From: Daphnia carinata
Lineage: Eukaryota
NCBI RefSeq assembly: GCF_022539665.2
Contig: NC_081333.1
Span: 248,001 to 312,000, forward strand
DNA length: 64,000 nucleotides
Direction: 5' to 3'
A program made the position numbers and the translations under genes. The notes under the pieces are model-generated. The model saw only the letters and a program-made list of their open reading frames with translations, was not told where the DNA came from and did no database searches. Numbering within the stretch: position 1 is the first letter of the stretch; each line of letters opens with the position of its first letter. This document shows, in pieces, positions 48,751 to 64,000 of this stretch.

Positions 48751-51700
48751 CTTGGTAGGCCCCAGCTCTTTTGTATTTTTGAAAGAAAAAAGAAAACAAA
48801 AGAAAGTCGTTCACTTGTCAAGTCACGCACACACCTGCGCGACTCACCAGCCCCAGTCTCTCTCTTTCCCACAGGGGTCGCCCCCGAAGCCAACAACAAC
48901 AACCTCACACAAAATTCCACACGCTGCACACACACACACCACACTCGCTCACACACACAACACTTACGACGAATTTTTTTAAAACTTTTCTCTGTGTGTG
49001 TTGGATTTTACTTTTTAAAGAAAACAAATCAACACACTACACACTGGAGGGTTTCGGTTGTGTTCGGACCAGTTTCGAACGAGTGGCCATGTTGTTTTTT
49101 TTTGGGGTCCCCCCTTTTCTTTGCCCCACAGTTCACGTGGCCGATGCAATTCGTAGCCAACTTTTATTTCTTTTTATGTGTGTGTGTGGGGGAAGTTTTT
49201 TTTTTTTTCTTTTTTAGGGACGTGTTTAAACGTGAACGAAAGAAAAAAAAAGGGGGGGATGATGGGAGAAATGGTGTGAGGAAACCGGATGGAACACGGT
49301 CCTCGTGCGACGAGAGCCCAAAGGCGACTGAACTGAAAAAGGGAAGGGATTTAAGTGTTTGGAGGGGGAACAACACTAGCGCCTCTAGTGATCAGACGAG
49401 AGAAATACTAAAGAAAAAAAAATAAATCCATTCAAAAACACGACTCTCACTCAACAACAACAGAAAAAAAAAGAGTTTCAGACTTCCGGGCACGATGCCA
49501 AAATAAAAAATTCAAAGAAAAAAAAAAAAAAAAACTTTTCTTCTTCACGGTGATTGATAAATCGTGTAAACATCAATGAAAGAAAAAAAATTCTTATTTT
49601 TAACGGGCGACTACTACTATATTAGTCAATGAAAAAAAGAAAATCATTAAACGACGTCTCTCTGAAAATGGTGACTTTGGAAGCCCATCATCATCGTCTT
49701 ATGGTCACACACAGCTGCGACTTGTGCCCATCCATCAAATCAAAATATGTTTCGCGTGCGTTCACCATGAATATACACACAACAACGAGAAATACCATCC
49801 AATCGGCAAGGCGAAAACGAACGCACACACGAAAAAAAAAAGTAGGGAACATGTCAACCTTGACTCGTCTCGGCAGAGATTTTCATTCGACTCACGTATA
49901 GAGAACGAGACCATCCATATATAGTGTTCGTCAAATATGTATATATCGCCCGTTGCATCGTGCTTTTTTGCACGACTTTTTTTTTTATAATCAAGAGAAC
50001 CCCATAGTTGGCTTTCTCACGCCTCTCTGTTGCCCCGGCCACAATGGACCGATTTTTTTCTTTGCTCTCTTGTTTACTTTGTCGGCCTCTCGACCTGAAA
50101 TTAAAGTCGCATTAGCTCGTCGCAGCAGCTGACCCAGTTGAACAGATGTTTGTTTTTCTTTTTTCTTATTTCTTTATTTTTTGTAGTTGATAAAGAAAAA
50201 TTCTTGGGACGTACGTCGTCGCCCCGTGATTTATAAGACGTGCATAATCATCTCGATAGATTATGCATACCTTTAAGATGGGCGTGCATAATCTCATTTC
50301 ATCACGCGTCGTCTGCAAGCCTTTCCCAAATAACCACCCACTCCACCCATGCTTTTTTTTTTTTTTTTTAAATCTCGAGACGATGACAAGGGCCGAGTCT
50401 AATTGAGTCGTTGAAGACCAAGAGGGCAGCTAATAATATATTAGAAATGAAGATACTCACAAAAGCAGCTGCTTCCCCCGTTCCAGCTGATTGTTGATGA
50501 ATAATTCCGTAAAGGTTTGTTTTCATTATTCATCATCTCTCCTTCAATTCCAGGATGTGATTGCTCAGCTGACTGATTGTAAAACGTAGTATCAATGGCT
50601 GATAATGTTCCTTCGATGATGTGGAAATGAAACATGATATGCTCGAGGGGGTTGAGGTGTTCAATGATACAGCTGCCGGCAAACACAAGCATAAATCAAT
50701 CTAGAAACAAAAAGGGCCACATTAATAATGCATGTTTCAATCAGTTTGGGTTGTGAATTTATGGACTTGTTATATTACAGGGGTTGTTGTTGTAAATCAA
50801 TCGTGACTGATGAGATTCCAAGAATGCATCACACACACCGGATCGAAATAAATGCCTTATCTCCCCCGTCCCTCCCAAATATCGATTGGCCTGCTTTCAA
50901 CCAGAATGGATTGGTGTTACAAGGTAACCCATAACGGGTCGTATACATACATATCTACCCACTATCGTAGCTACACAACAGGTTATTACTATTATATACT
51001 CGGACATTGAAAACCTGATCCCGCGATTTGGGTTGCCATCGACGAGTAAGTCCATTAGACAAGACCTGTTTTCATATAATCAGTCAACACCTACATCGAC
51101 ATAAAAGAAAAAAAAACTTGTAATATTCTCGAGAGAAACTCTTACCAGTTTTCCACATGGCTGTCGCACAAATTCCATGTAACTTTTAAACAACTTTTTT
51201 TTCTTTTTTTAGAACGTTCTTTGTTCCGTGACGACTAGATGGCGTTTGTAGTTACTCTTCAACATCATAGATGTCCGTATTGGAAAATGAAAACAAACGA
51301 ATGGAATTGGCGTTCAGCAACTGATAACATGAGCGATAATAGTTTAAATATAAAAAAACAAGCTCAGATGATTAAGAAAAAAAACGAGGAAAAGCCAAAA
51401 TCGCGAATGGTGGCGCTGGCGTCTACCGGTTTTCGCTCTTCCATCTTTCTCACTTCCCAACCGTCATGCAGCTGAAATCCTTCAAGAGACCCTTTTTTCT
51501 ATAAATAAGACGACGAGCCATCCTGCGGATATGCTGCTTTGCCACGCACCCCTTTGCAGATCCTTTTCTTTTACAAACGCACACGCCAACAGGCGCCAGT
51601 ATTATTGCGTCCGTAGCTGGAACAACTGGAACAACGCAGCAACAGCAGCTGCCAGCCTTTTAAAAAAACCAGCACTCACACACACACACACTCAACCAAA

Positions 51701-51818
51701 ACAACACAAAATATGGCTTCCATCAGCCGTTGAAGAAAAGGACAACAAGTTGAGGAGTTTCTCCAGTGTACAGAAAAGAAAAGTGCAAGAATTCCAACGC
51801 CCATTTCTCATTTGTGAC

Positions 51819-53933
51819 ATGGCACAAAGGTTCAGTCTCGGCAACGATGACATGCCACCAGTGGTTCCCGGTCGAAGTCGTTCACCGTCCTACGTCCGAA
51901 GTATATCCGCCTCTCAAGTGCCGACCATGTCCTCGTCACAGAACAACAACAAACCGCCGCCCGTTCCAAGAAATTCGCTGATTCGCAGTAAAAGTGCTCA
52001 ACTCTATCAACAACAACAGGTATACGGGCCATTAACAAAAAGATTGGCATTTTGCAATTGATGTGTTTTGTTATACAAGGGTAATCAAGTCATGACGTCA
52101 TCAGCTCCCTTCGTAAAGGTCAACCACCACGATCTGTCCGCGGGAGGCAACAAAAACAACAACAACAACAATAAAGATCATCGATTGAATGATGTCCACG
52201 TAACAACACCAGCAGATGGCGAACCGATTGTATTATCAAAGAGTTTTACCTTCGAATCACCCAATGGCGTCCGTCGCAAAATTCCTGTAACGCCCGTCCT
52301 CTCCACTGGACCTAAAAAATCCAATCAACATCACGACACTCTTCATTATCGGTATTTTCCTAATTACAATTCAATTACCCGAATTAGAAGTTGAACATTT
52401 GACATGAAACAAGGCACGGAACGTTGGTGTTTCCAACGGATGGTCTTGTCCAGCCAAAGGCTATTGACTCGTCCGGCATTTTCACTTCCGTATTGAACTC
52501 TCCAAGTCAAAGTCCATCGGAGGCTGTGATGAGTCCAGCTGCCAGCCCACCAATAATCCAGTTCAGCCATCCAGCTGCGATGTTCAATCAGTTTGTCGTG
52601 TCGCTCGTCGATCATAGCGTTTTGAAATTGTGCCAAGATGGCGACGCTGGCGCCTTGTCCCGATACCTAAGTCTCCATCACGACAAGATTTCAGCCAGAA
52701 ATTTAAATGCTATCGATCAAACGGGAAAAGTATGTCATCTTAAATGAGTTTTTTGTTAAACGTTAACGTCTTATTCTTTTGCTGTTAATCAGTCAGGTTT
52801 GTTGCATGCGGCCATGACAGGCAATGTGGCCATCGCTCGTCTTTTAATTAAATTACCTGGTCTGGAAGTTAGTTTGGCTGATAATGAAGGTAACACTGCC
52901 CTTCACCTGGCCTCACAAGCAGGTAAACAATATCAAATGATGAAATGAATGGCTGAAATCTATAAACAATTGCATAACAGGTCATGCAGATGTCGTTAGT
53001 CTACTGACATTGTGTCCAAATTTAACCATCGACATACGCAACAATGCCGGCCTTACTGTAATTATATACCCCGTCTTTTTCAAACTTTGGAAGATAATTG
53101 AATTGCTTTTCGTTTGTTATGCAAAGGCTTTAATGAAAGCTGCTTTGCAAGGCCGAGTTCGATGCACTCGGCTGCTTTTATTGGCCGGCGCATCGCCCGT
53201 CCTGAGGGATTTCGGACGGGGACTTTGCTCGGTTGAATGGGCTCGGCTAACGGGCCGTTCCAAATGCGCCGAAATTATCGACAAATACATGGACAAGATG
53301 CAACTCAACCCGGGACTTGGATTGAAATCATTTCATCACGGTGGAGTGGTAGCCTCTTCTGAGCCCAGCCTCCAGCAATTCTCCAAACGATCGTCTCTTG
53401 TCCTCCTCCCATCAGCCAAGACCAAAGATTCTTGGGTAACTTGGTTAATTAAAAAAAATAGGAAAATTAGAATTTAATTTTTAAAACGAATGAAATAGGT
53501 TAAAAATACATTGAAGAAAGCCATTCGAATTGTTAGCGGTGGAGGATCGGATCAGAATGGAAACAGCAAAGGATCGACGTTTAGCATTGCGTCTCAATTG
53601 ACGGGCAGTGGAGTCATGGGCGCCAGTGTTTTATTGCCCGGTGATCCGTCTCGAAGATCTTCCATGCCCGTCTTGCCTACCAATAACTCGGGTGGAGCTG
53701 CTGGTTTTGTTGCTGAATTGTTTGATCGACATCGCTCGCAAGGTCGTTCGCCATCGCCTCATCCGCCGACATCTTTCAACGTGCCCAGGATTCAAGTCTC
53801 TTACTGGAACAATACGGTAGGAGGCAATATCCCTCCACCACCGTCCAGCACACCGAAAATTATACCGGGCGAAATGAGACCGCAAACGAGTAGCCGCAAC
53901 CGGCAACGTTCAAGGAGTTCAATTCGATCCTGA
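51819..53933 (+). CDS. ANKRD33B: Ankyrin-repeat protein, ANKRD33/33B-like
   Basis: GNTALHLASQAGH and GLT|ALMKAALQGR...RDFGRG...EWARLTGR motifs across short introns. Confidence 0.75.
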
Positions 53934-53992
53934 AATGTTTTTAAAATGGAAAGGTCAATATATTGAAAATTAAAAAACAACAGATGATTGCG

Positions 53993-54423
53993 AATAAAAT
54001 CTGTTGATTATATGTCATGTGATGGATATCATGACCGAATACAAATGAAGGAGAACTATATATTTAAAAAGAACATACGTTAATTAGTTTCAGTTTGTTG
54101 ACTTGCTCCTTCTGTGATGTTATACTCAATGAAGATTAGCTATGTGCCAATAAACAAGGGTTCTTTTTCTATGACATCGCAGACAGTTTGTCCAATTGTT
54201 CATTTACCTATGGAGAAAGGAAGTTCTAACTCAAGAATAAAATCATTTGAGTACATTGCATGTGATAGATGCCATGACCGACTACAAATGAAGGAGAACT
54301 ATATACTTTAAAAAACTTAGTTGAATGCTGGTTTAGCCAATGAAGATGAACTATGTGCCAATAAAAAGGGATTAATTTTCAATGATATCGCAGACAGTTT
54401 GTCCAATTATTCATTCACCTATT
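53993..54423. repeat. Imperfect tandem duplication (~210-240-bp period)
   Basis: CAAATGAAGGAGAACTATATA and CTATGTGCCAATAAA...CGCAGACAGTTTGTCCAATT each occur twice. Confidence 0.85.
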
Positions 54424-55252
54424 GCAGAAAGAATTACTTCAAGACCACGAAGATGGTAGGACTGCAGTGGAATGTGATTCAAATAATTTTCCCACTTTAA
54501 AACTGTGATTTCCTGCGAATGGGAAAATTCCAGTACGATGTTTAGAGGTCCTATCAAAATGTCGGAATAAAAAGACAAAGAGAACACGTCTGACAATATC
54601 CTATACATTAAATGGGTAATGGCGCAAATGATACAGATGACAAGGGCAGTCATAATAGATTGAAAGAGGGCGGAGCTATAGAAGAATGTGAGAAAAAGGG
54701 AAACATGGAATTGATTTTCTTTTTTGGTTAATTTTCATATACTGGGATTTCATACTGACCACAAGGGAAACGTCACAAACAAAACTAAATTCTTAATTTT
54801 TAAAACTATTGTCATATTAACTAAAACTTAAACATATTTTTTAGTTGAAATGAGATTTCTATTTTAGGGATCGCTCGAAGAGTTAGAGACACATATTCAA
54901 AATCTGAAAAATGCATAGTCGGGCAACAAAAAAGGAGAAACGACTAGAACTTGTGTGAATTCTTGTTATACTTGAGTTTCTGCTGCACGCAATCAGAACT
55001 TGGAGGGGCGGATAAATATGGCTTTGAAAACGTTTGGGTGGAATAAATTATAATCAAATAAAACAATTAAAAGGACGGGGAATGGCAGGGTTAACAGTTA
55101 TTTTGTATATAAAATTAACTAACAGACCTATCCCGAGAGTATTTAATTCTTCCTTGGCAAAATGTTACGAATGTCTTTGTCTTTTTTTTTTATGTTTAGG
55201 GAATGCCTAATGAATCGAAGAGATTTAAGAAAGAGAAAGAGAGAAAAGGATG

Positions 55253-58067
55253 TCAGACTACCCAAGAAACTGGAACCCATTGCGATTGGGTGTCCAGTTT
55301 CCGAGCGACGACGAGCAATTGCTCAAAGGCCGTCGACAGATCGCCGTTGACGATGACATCGTCAAAGAGGTGGCCGTAATGAAGTTCGATCCGCTGGCCA
55401 CTGCGAATCATTTCAGCGAGTTCGTCGTCGGTGAAACCACGTGAAGAATTCTCATCGAACGTTGATCGAGCGTATGCAGCTGAACGCGTTTCACGCAAAA
55501 CGTTAAATCCCGGAGGTTTGATGTAGACAACGTGCGGCTTGAATTCGGCCGTCCGTAATGTTTTCAATGCCTGAATCATAAAAAATGAAATTAAATTATC
55601 GTTAGGAAATGGAAGTGATGTGAATCACCTGATGATGCGGATTAAGGATGCAAGTGTAACCCAGTTCGATAATTTCCTTGATACTTCGATTGGCCGTCCC
55701 GTACAAATTCCCCTTGTATTCACCGAATTCTACAAAAAGGCCATCGTCGATATCGCGTTCCATTTGCTGTCGATCCAGGAAATGATAATCAACTCCGTCC
55801 GCTTCGCCCGGTTTGGGCAATCGTGAAGTATCTAATTAAACGGACAGAACATTTTAAAATTGAAATATTTAAAGAATTCGTGGAATTACATGGAATGGTG
55901 GTGCGGAATTTGTCGGGGTCGAGGGCGATGAGACGTCGTTTTAGCTCGTTGCGTCCAACTCCCGGTGGTCCGATGAGGACAATAGGTCGGGGAACAGCCG
56001 GATAGGGCATCAAACGAGCGACTTCCTCATAAGTGGCGATCTCTTGCCGATCGAAATCCTCGTTCTCTGCCAGAGCGTACATGACTTTTTGAGTGGGACT
56101 GCTCCTTTCGCTTTTTAGAGAACCAATCGAACGTGCCGGACTGCAACCTTTTTGTTTTGTTTTCATTCAACAGGGGGAGCAAACAGCCAGAAACCGAAAA
56201 ACACAAAAGAAAACGAATCAGACAAAAAAAAATGCAAGCGAAAAATCCTTTGTTAAACAAGGAACGTATCGATCTCGATCCAAACGTCAAAGGTATTGAT
56301 TTCTATTGGAGCAGAAAGAGGGAGGGGGATCCAAGAGGCAACATCAATAAAACTGTTTATAATGGCAAACATAAAAGAGGTCGCTGGGATGCAACACCAA
56401 AAGCTTTCCTCCACATTGTAGAGCTTTTAAATCGATAATAAAATCATATGCAGGGATGAAAACTGGCAGACGGCCACATGCAATTGCTATTTTTTTCGGG
56501 GAATTCAAAAGAGAGCGAAAATAAAAATTAATAATCAAAACTGACCTTGTTGGTCGCTGTTATTGTTGGCCGAATGGGCCCTTTCATAAGCGATGCGCTT
56601 CTCTTGCAACATGCGGCTAGGAATTAATCCAGCGCGCATCTGTTTATCGCCTTCATGCCTCGCTTGCCACCTATTAAACACGATTAATTTGGTATAAATA
56701 AAAACGAGTTGACTGTTTTTTTACCAATAAGGATCGTCCTGGCTGACGATGTGAATAATATCTCCTCTTCGAAAGTCGAGGCCGGCTTCCTTACACGGCT
56801 TTAGGAGACAAAATAGATGACAAACATGAGCGTTTTAAAAGAACACTTAATAATTGATTATTATTCACTTACAATGTATCGATCAAGGGCAGCCGTGAAA
56901 TCAAAAAGTGCTCGAACTCTGACGCGATTCTCCCTAGATGGCCTTTGGCTTTCACTTGGGATCAATTTGAATGTGATGGTTCCTTCTGCATTTTGCTGCC
57001 AAGAAAAATCAAAAGTTGCATTCAAAAGACGAGCCAAAATCACAGGAAAAATCAATAACATACCAGAATCTCGAGGACGTCGTTGGGCGTTTTGCCCAAT
57101 ACATCGATGCCATTGACCTCAATCACCTCGTCGCCAGGGTGGATCAATCCCGACCGGTCGGCTGCACCGCCATGCATCACCCGAGCGATGACAATCTTAC
57201 CCGTCCGCTCGTCCGTCTTGATCGTCGCTCCCTATCATGAAAATTACAAATCGATTTGAATTTTTGAACGCTCATTTACATTCACGATAGAGCGACGCAT
57301 TGCAGCATTCAAAACTATGCACACACAAATACGGAAAACTCACCACAATGGGCTCAGCAGTTTGAGCCTTTTCCAGAGGCAGTAAGAAAGAAAGTTACAT
57401 GATGTCAATGAGATAAAAGAAGAAAAGATATTCAATAGTTTCTTTACCAGTGGCTCGTTGCTTTTGACAAGTTGAACGATCTTGATGGTTTCCTCGTCTT
57501 CATCAACAGTGTTAAATGGAGGTTCAGGTAATTTGGGTACATAGTCTTTCTGGGATATGGTATCATGGACCAACAGCAGGCTCTGAAATAATACCAATAC
57601 AATCAATGTAAGGAAAACTGGTTGTTTGAGTTGTCACTCAATTTACTTGAAAAGCTGGGCGCTGGAGCAACAAAATTAGTTCTCTGGAGTCCCTGCTTCC
57701 ACTCCGTTGTACAAAGCTCTGAAGGATTTCAATCACTTCGCAAGAGATGTTGAATACATTTGAGACTATAGGAACAATCATCTCAGGCTCATATTCCAAA
57801 GTGCCATTGCTATCTGAGGGGGAATGGGGCTTGCCCACTATGGTGCTGATTTTCTTGTGCACACGCAGCAAGTTTGTCATTTCTTTGGAAGTCAAGACCT
57901 GGCTGAGGAAGTTTAGATCTTTTTGGTCATCACCGCCTCGCGTTTGGTGCAGTGTAGCCAGCAGTCTGGACAAATCTATAAACAAATGAGGTTAATTATG
58001 CGCACGAGCTATTGAAATGATGGGCAAAGGAGATCTTTTGCGTACCTTCATTCGGGAGGGACGTCAT
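55253..58067 (-). CDS. MPP7: MAGUK p55 subfamily member 7 (L27-PDZ-SH3-GuK)
   Basis: [43 protein letters not shown] (PDZ), VRALFDF (SH3), [14 protein letters not shown] (GuK) and terminal WVPVSWVV. Confidence 0.9.
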
Positions 58068-58625
58068 TTTGCGCCAAAAAGCTAACGTCTGTGTATCCAA
58101 TGGTGTTGTAGGTTTACGTTAACGGTCCATCAATACGGTGAAAAAAACCAAAACACATTCAGCCTAAATATCCTTCAGGCTTCCCTTCCCTCTCAATCTA
58201 CTTTGACAGCACCGAAATTCTCTAATGGCTGCAAGATCTGGTTGCCATTTGCGCCCAGTAAAAAACTAAATCATCAAAAGAGCTAAAAATCTGCTTAATT
58301 TCAAAATTAGTTTTTTTCTTGTACTTTTCATCATAAACTGATATTTTTAAATTTTAGTTTAGAAAATGATATAGAAAGATTTGGCACAAACTTTGCGTTA
58401 AGGATCAATTTACGAAACTGACGATGATGAATAATCGATATAGACGTCAAAAATTTTCACCACGCGTTTAGAAGTTTCGTTTTAAAGTATTTTGACGAAT
58501 ATTTGGAACCTGGAACGAAATTGTTGTAAGAAAAATTCTCATATCATGATTTTTACATTTCTCCAGTTTAAAAATATTTTAAATTTTGTAGATCTCTGCC
58601 TAAATTGGTTGTGAATGTGAAGAAA

Positions 58626-59534
58626 ATGAACACCAAGAAATCCAATAGGTTCGCTCCAAACAATACAAATGAATGGAAAACGAGAGGATTCAAAACATCT
58701 AATACTACGACCGATACAGTCGGTGAAAGCTGTAGTTTTCAAAACCATGACCAGAAAAAATTTGAAAACAGTTCAAATTTCAAATCAGAATCTAGAGGAA
58801 CAAAATTTGCCTTTAATGCTGCCAAATCAAAAAGACCTGCGATAGAAAACACTGAAGCTGAAGATGCTACAAAAAAGCAACACAAGTTTTTCAATTCTGA
58901 ACAAAGTGATGATCTATTGCAGGATTCTTCAGCCTCCCAGAATAATATGGATACATCTGATAAATCTGTAAAGCCTCCTAAGAAAAAAAAGAAGAAAAAT
59001 GTAGCTGAAGATAAACTTCCTGAAACAACTGATGAAACCAGTGAATCAACTAACAACTCTAAAAGAAAGAAACAAAAATTCCAGGGCTACACCTTGTTTA
59101 TTGGTAATTTGTCATATGATACGACAAAAGAGGATGTGCTCCGTCATTTTGCCAAATGCGGTGCTATAAAAAATGTTCGGATTCCATTAGAAAAAGTAAC
59201 CAATCAACCCAGAGGTTTTGGTTACATTGAAGTAGAAGAACACGTTACGTACGAGGTAAGGTTAATTTGACGTTTCATAATCTGGTTCCTTTCAGGTTAC
59301 AATGTTCTAAAATTCGGTTTTATTTAGAACGTTTTGAGTATGCATCATACTTTCCTGAAGAGAAGACGAATTAATGTAGAGTGTACCTTTGGTGGCAGCA
59401 AGACTAGTCAGAAAAGAATGGCTTTGATAAAAGAAAAAACGCTAAAATTGAGATTTCTCTCAAGAGAAGGCAAAATCAGCTCGGCTAAGCAGCGACCTTG
59501 GGGGAAATTTTCAACTCACACAGCTATTGATTAA
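58626..59534 (+). CDS. Lys-rich single-RRM nucleolar protein, Nop6-like
   Basis: RNP2 LFIGNL, RNP1 RGFGYIEV, then HHTFLKRRRINVECTFGG; intron 59256-59327. Confidence 0.8.
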
Positions 59535-59833
59535 ATTTAAAGGTAATGTTGCTTTTATCGCCTTGTTTGAAAAATGTAGCCAGTTACACCCTGGGCCGTT
59601 CCTTTCGGTCATTTGGTAAGATTGACCGGCAGTCGTGGAACTGTGCCCTTCTTTTATACTGGGAAAGCAATGCAATATTTACAAGGTGTAGAGTGGCTTA
59701 TAGTTACATTGAACATCTCTGGCTTGTAAATATTTACACCAAGTTATTCTCATTTCATACAGGAAGTGATGCAAGGAGCAATACAACGACTATTGAGAGA
59801 TTTATTGGTTGTTTTCTAGAAATACATGCGCAA

Positions 59834-60598
59834 TCACCACATTGCTCGTTGAACTCCAGATAGTTTGTTGTAATCTGCCAAGCTACGCCAAACAATTCGA
59901 CTCAGTCTCCAGCGCGTGACAACGCCTCTTGGACGGGACGTGATGGCACAGCGATTGCGGACGCGGGTTAAGCTCGCATCACGAGGAATCTCAGCTAGCA
60001 TTTTGGCACCAATCTCCTTCAAAAAAAAATATTTCAATAAGGATTTCTTAAACTTGTTGTATACTGTAAAGAATATATCTATGCTTATCCTCTGAATGAA
60101 TAAATTGATCATAATATTTTTTTAATTACATAAAACTTCAACAAACAGTGCACACCCTTTCCAATGAAAATAACGAAAAACTAGAGTGATGGATTCCCAT
60201 GCATAATATGTTAAGTCTCGATATAGGGTGAATAACTTAACAGACTCTTGTGAGGATTAGTTCAACTGAGATTGAAGGGTAGTTCTCATTTACCGTTATC
60301 TCAGCAGGCAAAACGTCATTTTTTTTTAGTGCTTTTGCACGAACACGGTCAGCTGCGTGTTCGACTAGTAATTTTCTTCGCCGGTTGTCCTTCATCATTC
60401 TCCAATCTGTCCAATTGCTTCTGACTGGTTGATTCAATTTTACAGCATTGGTCATCTAAGAAAATTCGTTTTGTTTAGCTAACTGATAAATTAACGGAAA
60501 ATATAAAAACATACTCCATTTCGAAGTAGTTGAGCGGTGTTTTGCAATAAAAAACTTGAAAAATTTAACAATTTGCTTATGGTGCTCGTGCTGGCCAT
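59834..60598 (-). CDS. MRPS14: Mitochondrial ribosomal protein S14
   Basis: DWRMMKDNRRR and RVRNRCAITSRPRGVVTRWRLSRIVWR...LSGVQRAMW; 3 exons. Confidence 0.95.
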
Positions 60599-61004
60599 TT
60601 TGTTCTGGAGAGTAAACAAAGAGATGCCAAATCGATAAAATAAACTAACAAAAAACATTTTCAGTTAACGTTAAACTTTATAGCTATTAAAATTAAATTT
60701 TAAAAATCAAAAATTCATATAGGAACCACATTTCTTTTTTTAAAACCTTGAAAACAGTCTTTTGCAAAATCCCTAGAGAGGGGTAGAAATATTCGAGGGA
60801 GAAGAGAATTAAAATAACCTTGAAAGGGGTACCACTTTAACATTTATAGTAGTTTAATAAAATCAAAAATTAATAATTTACATTTTTCTAACGTAAATCA
60901 ACTGAAATGTTATAAAATTAAACAATGTTTTACGTAATGCAACTCTGTTTCCCCTCCCCTGTAGACACTTTACTCGGTAGGGGCTAGAAACTTCCAGCGT
61001 CACT

Positions 61005-61055
61005 CGTTCTCGTGTCTTTCAGAGTTCGTTCTCTTCTCTTCCAACGGAACATCAG
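61005..61055 (+). promoter_or_regulatory. Pyrimidine-rich (TOP/TCT-like) start region and non-coding first exon of EF1-alpha
   Basis: CTCTTCTCTTCC tract followed by a CAG|GTAAGC donor at 61056 and an acceptor near 61767. Confidence 0.55.
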
Positions 61056-61655
61056 GTAAGCACACGTTTTGACGCGTCTCCCAAACTTATCCTTTCAAAT
61101 CGAAGTATCCTTTATCAATCCATTTGTAACAATGTCTTTAAACCGTAGAACTACTCATTCTTAGTTTAATTAAGCAATTTCAGGATAAAAACGATGAAAA
61201 GGTGATGGCTTTTTTTTGTAGAGAAAAATTTCCTAGTGCAACTGTCAAGTGGGCCGGTTTCAATCGACATGTGGGGCTTGGTCGCCATTGCCAGAGATTT
61301 TTATTTTTGAACTTTGCAGTTGTGTTCTTGGGACAAGTTAAGATTAATATCATCGATTGAATAGTTTTAGCTGTTTCAAGGTTTCATTCCAGACATTTTG
61401 TGGGATTTTAGTGTTTCTTCATGCTGGAGGCTTGAGTTATTTACCGGGGTGTAGTCCCTATTGGGCAATGGTTAAGTCTTTCATTTATTTTTACTGAAGT
61501 CTTTTGAACAATTCGTCCTTGAAAAGCATTTATCATTAATTTTTCCTTCGGAATTCAAGGTCGTGGGGGCGAATTTCAGTTGGGGTTATTAAACTGGTAG
61601 TCGGGGGTGTGGGGCTAGTTGCCCTCAAGTGGTTAAATTCATTTCTGAGGTGTAG

Positions 61656-63495
<1,840 letters not shown>

Positions 63496-64000
63496 ATGGA
63501 GGTTTTCCCATCCAACCGACAGATGTGTCATGTACCGGGTCCGAAGCAACTACAGTTCGAAATTCTTCATTTAGTTTCCGTCAAAAAATTTTCTAATCGG
63601 CATCGAAAAGAGTTCAGGAGGAAAGCAAGCGTTTGGTTGGATAAATTTGTTTTCAACCTTGTTATGTAGAACTAGACTATCTGTCTACAGAATGTCTTTG
63701 CTTGTATCCCGTTGAATTTATTTGTGTCGTATTTTTCTTCCTTAAACACGAAATTTTAGCGCGTCTTACTATTGGAGGGGTTATCCTGGAGAAGAATTAT
63801 GATATCTTGGTTTTGATCAATTGAAAAAAAGCGCCCTCGTGTACTTTCTAAGTGCATTTTACTTTTATTAGTCATCTTGTACATTTTTGAGATGGCTTTA
63901 TTGGTAAATTGTAAACTTTCCACTTGGTTTATTCGAATCGTTTTTACTTACTCCTGTATGTGTAAGGGCTTTGGTATATACACCTCAATCATGCTCCAAT

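Noticed and set aside
38600..51500. Many short Lys/Phe-rich ORFs and CA/GT microsatellites
   Set aside because: They are translations of A/T homopolymers and dinucleotide runs in introns and intergenic DNA. Only the NCKAP5-like exons here are supported.

Overview
This is eukaryotic arthropod DNA, most likely a Daphnia-type branchiopod crustacean (inferred from ~60-nt GT-AG introns and gene content). The right half (35-64 kb) holds conserved genes: NCKAP5-like, ANKRD33B-like, MPP7, a Nop6-like RRM gene, MRPS14 and EF1-alpha. The left half (1-34 kb) is an accessory region. It contains an SDR, a cluster of five secreted low-complexity (mostly Gly/Tyr-rich) precursor genes, a 376-bp satellite built from TIR-bounded units, a foldback element, gene-fragment pseudogenes (WSCD-like sulfotransferase, MNS1-like), an LRR-mucin membrane protein, a CUB-like repeat protein and two degenerate 2OG-Fe(II) oxygenase-like paralogues. 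The two top candidates for something undescribed are (1) a ~580-nt, heavily base-paired non-coding unit at 8336-8919 (-) with a TATA box at about -31, a 17-bp 5'/3' closing stem and a T6 terminator, i.e. a putative RNA Pol III RNA I cannot assign to a known class, and (2) an intronless gene at 18222-19214 encoding two tandem Swt1-like HEPN domains, each with an intact RNxxxH motif. All gene models were spliced by eye and family calls come from remembered motifs; no searches were run.
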